A DNA stretch of 24,736 nucleotides, from positions 1 through 24,736 of IMG/VR virus record IMGVR_UViG_3300020042_005131. One strand, 5' to 3'. Shown piece by piece: positions 1 to 8,283 of the stretch; position 1 is the first letter of the stretch, and each line of letters begins with the position of its first letter. The position numbers and the translations under genes were made by a program. The notes under the pieces are model-generated. The model ran no database searches. It was not told where the DNA came from and saw nothing but the letters and a program-made list of their open reading frames with translations. The stretch comes from a virus. Taxonomy: Duplodnaviria; Caudoviricetes.

Positions 1-623
1 ATAGCGAGGTTATTTGCGTAGGAATTGACGGCGGCGGCCTTGATGACTTGTTGGGCCTGACCATAATTGGCCGTCATCAAGAGTCGAAAAAGTGGCTATC
101 GTGGTCGATGGCATGGGCGCATACATCCGTTTTAGAGCGTAGGAAATCCGAGGCAGCACGCATAAAAGACATGGCAAAGGATGGCGATTTGGTGATTGTC
201 GAGCGTGCCGGGCAGGATATTGACGAACTTGTTGAGATTGTTTCAGAGATTCACGCGCTTGAGTTGCTAGATAAAATCGGTGTTGATCCTGCTGGCATTG
301 GTTCCATTCTTGACGCATTGGACGCGGTAAGCGTGCCGGCTGAAATGATTGTTGGCGTATCGCAAGGATGGAAACTAGGCGGCGCAATCAAGACGGCTGA
401 GCGCAAATTGGCAGAGGGGCAGATTATCCACGCAGATCAGCCGATGATGAATTGGTGCGTTGGTAATGCCCGTCTTGAGCAACGGGCAAACGGTGTACTG
501 ATCACGAAACAGGTCAGCGGATCGGCAAAGATTGACCCGCTGATGGCGTTTTTTGCGGCGGTAACACTGATGTCACTTAATCCGGCAAGCGCAAAGAAGA
601 AGTTTCAGATGTTTGTCTTATAG
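1..623 (+). CDS. terL: Terminase large subunit, C-terminal nuclease domain (5'-truncated by window)
   Basis: Frame is open back to position 3 (SEVICVGIDGGGLDDLLG); GIDGGGLDDL, IGVDPAG and KIDPLMA motifs of HK97-like TerL. Confidence 0.93.
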   Translation, partial: SEVICVGIDGGGLDDLLGLTIIGRHQESKKWLSWSMAWAHTSVLERRKSEAARIKDMAKDGDLVIVERAGQDIDELVEIVSEIHALELLDKIGVDPAGIGSILDALDAVSVPAEMIVGVSQGWKLGGAIKTAERKLAEGQIIHADQPMMNWCVGNARLEQRANGVLITKQVSGSAKIDPLMAFFAAVTLMSLNPASAKKKFQMFVL

Positions 624-642
624 CAAAAAACTATGCTATGCT
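613..642 (+). promoter_or_regulatory. Putative sigma70-type promoter upstream of protease-capsid gene
   Basis: TTGTCT (613-618), 18-nt spacer, TATGCT (637-642) preceded by extended-10 TG (634-635). Confidence 0.4.
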
Positions 643-668
643 TGAAAGCAATAGATATTTTTAATGGC

Positions 669-2651
669 ATGACTATGAATATAAAACAGATTGCCGAATC
701 AACTACCCGCATTTATTCGACTATTCAGGTCAAGGCTTTTGACGATGAAAAGCGCGAATTTGTAGGGATTGCATCAACGCCATCTACTGACCGAATGAAT
801 GATATCGTTGAGCCAAAGGGCGCAATGTATCAGTTGCCTATCGCGCTATTGTGGCAGCACGATAAAATGATGCCGGTCGGTACGGTGATCACGGCCAAGC
901 AGACTAAAGACGGAATCGAAGTGCGCGGGCAAATACCGAAAGCGGACGCGCCCGCAGGCCTTGCAGCACGTTTAGAAGAAGCATGGCAGTCGCTGAAACT
1001 AGGATTAGTTCGCGGCTTGTCGATTGGTTTCAGGCCGATTGAATACGCATTTTTAGATAACGGCGGCGTACATTTCACGAAATGGGACTGGATGGAATTG
1101 TCACTCGTTACCATTCCGGCCAATGCAGACGCCACAATTTTAAGCGTAAAATCTTATGACACGGCAGCCGCGCTAGGCAATGCCACTGATACAACTGTTA
1201 CACACTTCTCCGGCGTTTCGGAAAAACAAATCATTGCACGCATTACAAAACCCAAAGCCCCGGAGGCTAAAAACATGAACATTCTTGAACAGATCAAAGG
1301 TTTCGAAGAGACCCGCAAAACAAAATCACTTGAAATGAATACACTGATGGAAAAAGCAGCTGGCGAAGGCCGTGGGCTTGATGCATCCGAAAGCGATTCT
1401 TTCGATACCCTGAAATCAGAACTGAAAGCAATCGACGCACAAATTGAGCGTTTGAAAGAATTGGAACAAATCAACCTGAAATCGGCAACTGTTGTTACTG
1501 ATACATCAGGCATGACTACCAAAACCGCGCAATCTTTCGCTACTCCAAAAGTGACTGAGAAGCTTGATAAAGGTATCCGTTTTGCACGTTACGCAATGTG
1601 TTTGGGCATGGCTAAGGGCGATTTGAATACCGCCAAAAGCATTGCCGCAGCACGCTTTCCGCATGATGCAGGCATTAACCTGACCCTGAAAGCAGCAGTC
1701 GAAGCAGGTACTACTACCGGCACCACATGGGCCAGCCCATTGGTTGAATACAATCAGTTTGCAGGCGATTTTATCGAGTACCTGCGACCCATGACAATAA
1801 TCGGAAAATTCGGCCAGGGCGGCATTCCGTCATTGCGTCAAATCCCGTTTAATGTTCACATCCGTGGCCAGTCTTCAGGCGGCGCAGGTTATTGGGTAGG
1901 ACAAGGTGCGCCAAAACCTCTGACAAGTTTTGCATTTACTGATGCCTATTTAGGCTTTGCAAAAGTGGCTAACATTGCCGTATTGTCTGATGAATTGTTG
2001 CGTTTCAGCAATCCGTCCGCAGAAATGTTAGTGCGTGACAGCTTGGCAGGTGCGTTGATCGGTCGTATTGATACCGACTTTATCGACCCTGAAAAATCAG
2101 CAGTAACCAACGTATCGCCAGCGTCAATTACCAACGGTGTTAGCCGCGTAATCTCCAGCGGTACCGATGCTGATGCAATTCGTGCAGACGTGAAAGCGGC
2201 CATGGCTTATTTCATTGCTGCCAACATTACCCCGACTACCGGCGTTTGGATTATGCAGGCTACTACTGCATTGGCTATATCGTTAATGCGTAACGCACTT
2301 GGTCAAAAAGAGTTTCCAGAAATGACCATGCTTGGCGGTACTTTCGAGGGCTTGCCTGTTATCGTTTCTGAGTATGTTCCTGATGACTCAAGCGGTTCTT
2401 ACGTTGTGCTGGTTAATGCGTCTGATATCTTCCTGGCTGATGACGGTGGCATTGCTATCGACGTAAGCCGCGAAGCATCGTTGCAAATGCTGGACAACCC
2501 AACGAACAACAGCGCCACGCCAACAGCGACCACTATGGTCAGCATGTTCCAAACGAACAGCGTAGCAATACGTGCCGAGCGTTACATCAACTGGCAGCGT
2601 AGACGCGATGCCGGTGTAGTGCGTATCGATCAAGTACGTTGGGGCGCTTAA
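669..2651 (+). CDS. HK97-family prohead protease-major capsid protein fusion
   Basis: N-terminal S78-type protease motifs (LLWQHD..PVG, GLSIGF, ELSLVTIPAN), a helical delta/scaffold-like region, then HK97-type capsid motifs (YWVGQG.PKP, SMFQTNSVAIRAER). Start may be 633, 669 or 675. Confidence 0.93.
   Translation: MTMNIKQIAESTTRIYSTIQVKAFDDEKREFVGIASTPSTDRMNDIVEPKGAMYQLPIALLWQHDKMMPVGTVITAKQTKDGIEVRGQIPKADAPAGLAARLEEAWQSLKLGLVRGLSIGFRPIEYAFLDNGGVHFTKWDWMELSLVTIPANADATILSVKSYDTAAALGNATDTTVTHFSGVSEKQIIARITKPKAPEAKNMNILEQIKGFEETRKTKSLEMNTLMEKAAGEGRGLDASESDSFDTLKSELKAIDAQIERLKELEQINLKSATVVTDTSGMTTKTAQSFATPKVTEKLDKGIRFARYAMCLGMAKGDLNTAKSIAAARFPHDAGINLTLKAAVEAGTTTGTTWASPLVEYNQFAGDFIEYLRPMTIIGKFGQGGIPSLRQIPFNVHIRGQSSGGAGYWVGQGAPKPLTSFAFTDAYLGFAKVANIAVLSDELLRFSNPSAEMLVRDSLAGALIGRIDTDFIDPEKSAVTNVSPASITNGVSRVISSGTDADAIRADVKAAMAYFIAANITPTTGVWIMQATTALAISLMRNALGQKEFPEMTMLGGTFEGLPVIVSEYVPDDSSGSYVVLVNASDIFLADDGGIAIDVSREASLQMLDNPTNNSATPTATTMVSMFQTNSVAIRAERYINWQRRRDAGVVRIDQVRWGA
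1262..1277 (+). promoter_or_regulatory. Internal in-frame ribosome binding site and ATG for a capsid-only product
   Basis: GGAGG (1262-1266), 8 nt, then ATG (1275) in frame, at the linker/delta-domain boundary. Confidence 0.65.
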
Positions 2652-2689
2652 TTAACCTGGCCACGGATGGCTAATATTCAAGGTGATGA

Positions 2690-2941
2690 ATGAAAACATT
2701 ACGCGTTATTGTCGGATTTTCCGGCAAGAAAAAAGGACAGACATTTGAGGCTAACGATAAGTTGGCCTCTTTTTTATTGACTACCGGCCACGTTGAAATC
2801 ATTGAAAACGAAGCGCCAAAAGTATTTAAGACTGAGCCAATTATTGTTACTACCGAAATGCCAGTTGAGCAAATTGTTAGGCGCAGGGGTAGGCCGTATG
2901 GTACAATACAGAGAAATATAACAAGCCAAAGTGACATCTAA
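2690..2941 (+). CDS. Small head-associated hypothetical protein with AT-hook-like RRRGRP motif
   Basis: SD AAGGTG; lies between capsid and portal; TAATG coupling to portal. Confidence 0.7.
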   Translation: MKTLRVIVGFSGKKKGQTFEANDKLASFLLTTGHVEIIENEAPKVFKTEPIIVTTEMPVEQIVRRRGRPYGTIQRNITSQSDI

Positions 2942-4284
2942 TGAAGTTGCCGTTCGGTTTTGAAATCAAGAAAAGCACTACACTTTCGCCAGTGGACAGT
3001 CGCGGCGGATGGTTCCCTTTGATCCGCGAACCATACGGCGGCGCTTGGCAAAATAACGATGAATGGCGCATGGATACTGTATTGGCCTATCCGCCAGTTT
3101 ACGCGTGCATTTCGTTGATATCTTCCGACATTGCAAAACTAACGCCCATGGTTATGCGTGAATCAAGCAATGGCATTTTCACACCGAACAAAACATCATC
3201 TGCATTAAAGGTATTAAAAAAACCGAACAGCTATCAGAATCACATTCAGTTTAAAGAATGGTGGCTGATATCTAAACTTATTCGCGGCAATACCTATATT
3301 TTAAAAGGCCGTGACAATCGCGGCACAATTACCCGGCTTTACATTATCGACCCTGAAAAAGTATCAGTATTAGTCACAAATTCAGGCGATGTTTACTATC
3401 AGTTAAATGCCTATGATGTTGCAGGCATTACGCAGTCGATTACCGTTCCTGCATCCGAGATTATCCATGACCGAATGAATTGCCTGTTCCATCCGCTTGT
3501 TGGCGTATCGCCACTTTACGCATGTGGCACAGCAGCTAATGCCGGTGCGAGTATTATCAGCGACTCGTCATCATTTTTCGGCAACGGTGCCAAGCCAAGC
3601 GGCGGATTGACAGCGCCAGGCGCAATTTCAGACGAGACAGCGGCAAGGTTAAAAGCATATTGGAATGATAACTTTACCGGCACCAACGCGGGAAAAGTAG
3701 CGGTTATGGGTGATGGCTTAAAGTTTGAGCCATTCCGCATGACGGCAGTCGACGCACAATTGATTGACCAAATCAAATGGACAGCTGAAGCGGTTTGCAG
3801 CGCGTATCATGTACCCGCGTATAAAGTCGGATTCGGCACAATGCCAACGCACAATAATATCGAGGCATTGACGCAAGATTATTACAGCCAGTGCTTACAA
3901 CGTTTGATCGAAGATATGGAATTATGTTTGGATGAAGGTTTTGAAATTGCAGACGGCGAACATATTGAACTTGATTTATCCGGCTTATTTAGAATGGATA
4001 CAAAAACACAATTACAGACAATCAAGATCGGTATTGATGCAGCAGTATTGACGCCTAACGAAGGCCGTAAGCGTTTGAACCTTGCTCCGATTGATGGCGG
4101 CGATACAGTCTACATGCAACAGCAGAATTATAGCCTTGCGGCATTAGCACAAAGAGACGCGACTAATCCGTTGGCCGTTCAGACTGATCCGGCACCAGCA
4201 ACAGAACCACTAGAAGTCGAAGAAGATGACGGCGAAGAAATGAGATCGGCACTTGCTGAAATAACAAAAGAGTTTCTGGCATGA
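2941..4284 (+). CDS. HK97-family portal protein
   Basis: VYACISLIS.DIAKL, GNTY, EIIHDR, GVSPL, FF.NGAKPSG, AYHVP and LTPNEGR motifs. Confidence 0.95.
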   Translation: MKLPFGFEIKKSTTLSPVDSRGGWFPLIREPYGGAWQNNDEWRMDTVLAYPPVYACISLISSDIAKLTPMVMRESSNGIFTPNKTSSALKVLKKPNSYQNHIQFKEWWLISKLIRGNTYILKGRDNRGTITRLYIIDPEKVSVLVTNSGDVYYQLNAYDVAGITQSITVPASEIIHDRMNCLFHPLVGVSPLYACGTAANAGASIISDSSSFFGNGAKPSGGLTAPGAISDETAARLKAYWNDNFTGTNAGKVAVMGDGLKFEPFRMTAVDAQLIDQIKWTAEAVCSAYHVPAYKVGFGTMPTHNNIEALTQDYYSQCLQRLIEDMELCLDEGFEIADGEHIELDLSGLFRMDTKTQLQTIKIGIDAAVLTPNEGRKRLNLAPIDGGDTVYMQQQNYSLAALAQRDATNPLAVQTDPAPATEPLEVEEDDGEEMRSALAEITKEFLA

Positions 4285-4991
4285 AAGAAGAATTGAAAGA
4301 ACTTGCAACGGCAATTAAAGGCTATGTTCAAAGGTCGGTTACTGATCTATCCGACAGAATCAAGGCGTTAGAATCGCGTGAAGTGCCAACGATTGAGGAT
4401 ATTGTTAAATCCATTCCGGTGCCAAAAGACGGCGAAAACGGGATTGATGGTAAGAATGGAATCGACGGCAAAGACGGCGAAAAGGGTGAAGATGGTATCA
4501 ATGGCAAAGACGGCGAAAACGGGATTGATGGCAAAGACGCACTAGAACTTGAAATCATGCCATTAATTGACCCTGAGAAATCATATCCACGCAGCACCTA
4601 TGCCAATCACAATAACGGCATTTGGCGTGCATACCAACGCACGGAAGGCATGAAAGGTTGGGAATGTTTAGTCGCTGGCGTTGCATCGTTAGAGATTGAG
4701 CAAGTTGGCGAACGTGGTTTATCAATCAAGTCGGTATTATCCGACGGCAAGGAAATAACCAAATCCATTAGCGTGCCTGTTATGATTTATCGCGGCGTAT
4801 TTACGCAGCAGGAATACGCACGCGGCGACGTGGTGACATGGGCCGGTAGCACTTGGCATTGCAACGAAACAACAACCGATAAGCCTGGCGAAAACAATAG
4901 CAAAGCGTGGACACTAACAGTTAAAAAAGGCCGTGACGGCAAAGACGGATTAAACGGCAAAGACTTAATAAAAGGCGTATCAATATCATGA
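4281..4991 (+). CDS. Collagen-like (Gly-X-Y) head/neck-associated protein
   Basis: 12 Gly-X-Y triplets plus 4 C-terminal triplets; domains YPRSTYA.H..G.WRAY and YRGVF...Y.RGD.VTW.GS.WHC resemble post-portal proteins of enterobacterial prophages with this head gene order. Confidence 0.8.
   Translation: MKEELKELATAIKGYVQRSVTDLSDRIKALESREVPTIEDIVKSIPVPKDGENGIDGKNGIDGKDGEKGEDGINGKDGENGIDGKDALELEIMPLIDPEKSYPRSTYANHNNGIWRAYQRTEGMKGWECLVAGVASLEIEQVGERGLSIKSVLSDGKEITKSISVPVMIYRGVFTQQEYARGDVVTWAGSTWHCNETTTDKPGENNSKAWTLTVKKGRDGKDGLNGKDLIKGVSIS
4431..4538 (+). repeat. Gly-X-Y coding repeat (GEN GID GKN GID GKD GEK GED GIN GKD GEN GID GKD)
   Basis: Includes an exact 26-bp direct repeat AAAGACGGCGAAAACGGGATTGATGG at 4425-4450 and 4506-4531. 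Confidence 0.9.
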
Positions 4992-5329
4992 TGCTCGTAA
5001 GCCTTGCTAATGTAAAAGTACATTTAGGAATCGACTTCGCCACGTACGATAGCTACATCACTTTGCAGATTAACGGCGCAAGTGAAATGATTATCGAGTA
5101 TCTGAAAAATGGCGCGGATTCGTTTACCGATAGCATGGGCAATACCATTGATGACAGCAACGGCGTGGCGATTGGCGTTCCGTATCGGGTGCAATGCGCT
5201 TGCATGTTGTTGGTCGGTTACATGTTCAAGAATCGTGATGTTAATCCAGAAAACGCGTTTCAATTGGGCATGATGCCAAACGATGTTACCGCGATGCTTT
5301 ATTCATTGCGCGACCCTGCACTGAGGTAA
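4988..5329 (+). CDS. gp6-like head-tail connector
   Basis: LVSLANVKVHLGID...D.YI...I.GAS..I.EYL, VP..VQ.A..LLVGY.FKNRD, LYSLRDP; ATGA coupling. Confidence 0.88.
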   Translation: MMLVSLANVKVHLGIDFATYDSYITLQINGASEMIIEYLKNGADSFTDSMGNTIDDSNGVAIGVPYRVQCACMLLVGYMFKNRDVNPENAFQLGMMPNDVTAMLYSLRDPALR

Positions 5330-5331
5330 TC

Positions 5332-6219
5332 ATGGGACTACATGCCGGAAGATTGCGCCACGTTATCGAAATCCAAGAATGCATTCAGGTGCAAAACGTA
5401 TCTAGCGGCGGAATGGTAGACAGGTGGCAGACTGTTACCGGATGCAGTGCCGTGCCTGCTGAGATTGTCTACATTTCAGGCCGTGAATTCATTTCATCAA
5501 ACGCAAAACAATCTGAAATCGTGGCACGCATTACCATTCGAAAACGCACAGGCATAACTACCAAAATGCGCATTATCGGCATGGGTAAGACATTCGATAT
5601 TCAAGGCATTCTGCCTGATCACGAAACGGGCAATACATGGCTGACTATGCCGGTTAGTGAAGTATTAAATTCAACTGTTGAAAATCTTGTTGTTTTCTCT
5701 ACTACGTTGGGAAATGCAACGATATTAACCGACTATACATGCAGTGTAGATGCATCGGGCGGTTTTATATTTACGCAGACTGAATTTAATTATTTGGCAA
5801 TCAAGCAAGATTGCACAACTGTGCTATCCACTTTCAAGTTAGGCGATCAGCTATCGCTTGCATTTTCAGACTATCCAGTGACAGTCGCACTTGGCGTTAC
5901 AGTACTGACAAATTCTTCACACGATGTTGTGAGGGTAGGAAATGTACGAACCACTGATTACACTGTTTACAATTGCAACCTTAGCCAAACGGCGCAATAT
6001 TCGGTCGCGGTTGATGCAAGCGTTGGCACCTATGGCGCGGTTTATTTCTATGAAAACGGCGTTCTTTTAACGTCTCACATTTTGACGGCAGCATTAGCCG
6101 GCACTCCTGATAGATTTACAATCTACGGATATTCTACAGTGCCAGGCAATTCATTATTTTCTCTTATTGACGTTCGCGCTTATGATGTGTCTGGCTCAAC
6201 GGCATGGAACCGCTACTAA
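5332..6219 (+). CDS. Head-closure / head-tail adaptor (HK97 gp7, SPP1 gp16-like) with about 180-aa C-terminal extension
   Basis: AGRLRH.I.IQ...W...A.I...SGREF...RITIR...MRI...FDI.GILPD in the first about 113 aa; beta-rich extension follows. Confidence 0.85.
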   Translation: MGLHAGRLRHVIEIQECIQVQNVSSGGMVDRWQTVTGCSAVPAEIVYISGREFISSNAKQSEIVARITIRKRTGITTKMRIIGMGKTFDIQGILPDHETGNTWLTMPVSEVLNSTVENLVVFSTTLGNATILTDYTCSVDASGGFIFTQTEFNYLAIKQDCTTVLSTFKLGDQLSLAFSDYPVTVALGVTVLTNSSHDVVRVGNVRTTDYTVYNCNLSQTAQYSVAVDASVGTYGAVYFYENGVLLTSHILTAALAGTPDRFTIYGYSTVPGNSLFSLIDVRAYDVSGSTAWNRY

Positions 6220-6755
6220 TGCGCGTGGTATGTTGCATTGCGTCGGGGCCAAGTTTAACGATTGACGATTGCGAGTTAGTAAAACAATCGGGCATTGAAA
6301 CAATAGCGGTAAATGATTCATGGAAGATGGCGCCATTCGCAAAACACATATACGCAGGCGATCCGGCATGGTGGCGCGAGAACGAAAAGAAAATAACGAT
6401 TGATGCCGAACGGTGGACTTGCCTTGAGAATGTGGCAGCACATCACAAGTTAAACGTTCATGGCCCATATCGCGGCGTTAAAAATAGCGGCATGCGTGCA
6501 ATCGAGTTTGCACTTGATACGATGAAAGCAGATAAGGTAATTCTGTTAGGTTACGATTGCAGCTTGAAGAATGGCATACATTGGCACGGTTCGCACAAGT
6601 TGCCATTGTGTAATCCAAATCAGGAAAGAGTTAGTCGCTGGCATTCTCATTTTGATGAAATAAAAGGCAAAGAGAAGGTCGTTAATTGTTCGCGCTACAC
6701 CGAATTAAACGCATTCAGAAAATCAAAACTTGAGGCGGAATTGTGCGAGCAGTAA
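6219..6755 (+). CDS. Maf/DUF115- or CstII(GT42)-like glycosyltransferase-fold protein
   Basis: CIASGPSL, IAVN, NSG..AI..A, ILLGYD, HWHG and VVNCS motifs; TAATG coupling at 6217-6221 (alternative start 6204). Confidence 0.72.
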   Translation: MRVVCCIASGPSLTIDDCELVKQSGIETIAVNDSWKMAPFAKHIYAGDPAWWRENEKKITIDAERWTCLENVAAHHKLNVHGPYRGVKNSGMRAIEFALDTMKADKVILLGYDCSLKNGIHWHGSHKLPLCNPNQERVSRWHSHFDEIKGKEKVVNCSRYTELNAFRKSKLEAELCEQ

Positions 6756-7489
6756 TCAACCTGAAAGAATCGCTACACTATCGGCGCGACGCATTCGAAA
6801 AAGGATTGATTGCCAATGGTTATAAAATTGTTCCAAGTATTGCGCGGCCAAATCCAGATGATTTAATTGTAGTTTGGAATCGGTTTGGCCATGGCGATAC
6901 ACTTGCAAAGGATTTTGAATCATTTGGCGCGAAGGTATTAGTTGCCGAAAATGGCTACATGGGCAAAGAGTTTCAAGATAAAAAATGGTTTGCAGTTTCA
7001 CGCGATAATCACAACGGTGCCGGACGTTGGCCATGCAGCAACGGCGAACGATGGAAAAAATACGGATTCGAGTTAAAGCCATATCGCACGGGCGGCAGCG
7101 AATTTGTCGCATTACCACAGCGAGGCATAGGCCCGCATGGCGTAGCGATGCCGCGTGATTGGGATTTACGCCTACCTGTTAAATGCCGTGTTAGGCGTCA
7201 TCCAGGTACGCATGATTGCATACCGTTGATGGATGACTTGAGCAAAGCAAAGGCTGTTATCACATGGGCAAGCGGCGCGGCTATCAAGGCCATGGCGGAA
7301 GGTATACCCGTATTTTATGAACTTGAAAAATGGATAGCTAAAGACGGCGCAACACATATCAGCAAAGCCGACTTTACTAATCCGCAACATCCCGACAGAC
7401 AATCGGCATTCGAAAAGATATTCGACGCAATGTGGACGCTAGACGAAATAGAAAGCGGTGAGGCAATAGGCAAATTATGCGCATTGTAA
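6743..7489 (+). CDS. KpsS/KpsC (GT107)-like glycosyltransferase, paralog 1
   Basis: VVWN, ENGY, LPQ, RRHP, VITWAS.AA..A..EGIPV and WTLDEI motifs; GTG start with SD GAGG. Confidence 0.62.
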   Translation: MRAVINLKESLHYRRDAFEKGLIANGYKIVPSIARPNPDDLIVVWNRFGHGDTLAKDFESFGAKVLVAENGYMGKEFQDKKWFAVSRDNHNGAGRWPCSNGERWKKYGFELKPYRTGGSEFVALPQRGIGPHGVAMPRDWDLRLPVKCRVRRHPGTHDCIPLMDDLSKAKAVITWASGAAIKAMAEGIPVFYELEKWIAKDGATHISKADFTNPQHPDRQSAFEKIFDAMWTLDEIESGEAIGKLCAL

Positions 7490-8283
7490 TAACCGGCAAC
7501 GGTAAAGCAGGCAGTTGGAAAATAAGAGGCGAACAATTAGGCCACGCAATCGGCGCGGACGTTATGCCAAACGCAATGGCTAGGAATTTAGATGGTTATG
7601 ATGTTTGTATATGCGTTAAAAAGCCAACAAGTGCAACGGTTAATTTTGGTAATTCCGTTTTTGATATTGTTGATTGCTGGCCTCAACCATTTCAGCGGGG
7701 CGATTATTTTCAGTATGTGAAGGAAAAAATGCACGGCTTTAAATACACGATAGCCGCTACTGAAAAAATGCAAAGTGATCTATCGGCAACATGGTCATTG
7801 CGTCATCATTACCGGCCAAACATTGAAGAAAACCAGATCAGGAAAGACGTTAAAACGATTGGCTATGAAGGCGCGGCGCATTATATAACCGAGTGGATGC
7901 CGTTCATTATGCGCGAGTGCAAAGAGCGCGGATGGCGGTTTGAATGCAACCCTGCTAACCTTGCGTCATGTGATGCGGTGTTAGGATTACGAGGAAACGA
8001 GTGGCGAAATTACGCAAGTGATAACTGGAAATCAGGCGTTAAATTCTCGAATGCAATTGGATCATTAACGCCGTTTATTGCATTACCGGAATCAGGTTAT
8101 AAAGAATATGGCATAAGGTTTGAGCCGGTTAATTCGTTTGCTGATTTAAAATCGGCATTCGACAACATAGCCGATCACGATTATAGGTTATCGTTAGCGC
8201 AAGAATACAAGAATAAAAAACAATACTATTCACTTGAGGCGGTCGCGGCTGATTATCTGGCATGGTTGAAAACGAAGTTTTAA
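7477..8283 (+). CDS. GT-B fold glycosyltransferase (GT4-like, phage type)
   Basis: GSWKIRG, VKK, FDIVD, IGYEG, KS.VK..NA....PFI motifs; C-terminal YSLEAVAADY..W helix typical of GT-B. Confidence 0.62.
   Translation: MRIVITGNGKAGSWKIRGEQLGHAIGADVMPNAMARNLDGYDVCICVKKPTSATVNFGNSVFDIVDCWPQPFQRGDYFQYVKEKMHGFKYTIAATEKMQSDLSATWSLRHHYRPNIEENQIRKDVKTIGYEGAAHYITEWMPFIMRECKERGWRFECNPANLASCDAVLGLRGNEWRNYASDNWKSGVKFSNAIGSLTPFIALPESGYKEYGIRFEPVNSFADLKSAFDNIADHDYRLSLAQEYKNKKQYYSLEAVAADYLAWLKTKF

Noticed and set aside
4425-4531. Direct repeats as a CRISPR array or DGR repeat
   Set aside because: They are in-frame collagen codon repeats; no spacer array, cas genes or reverse transcriptase.
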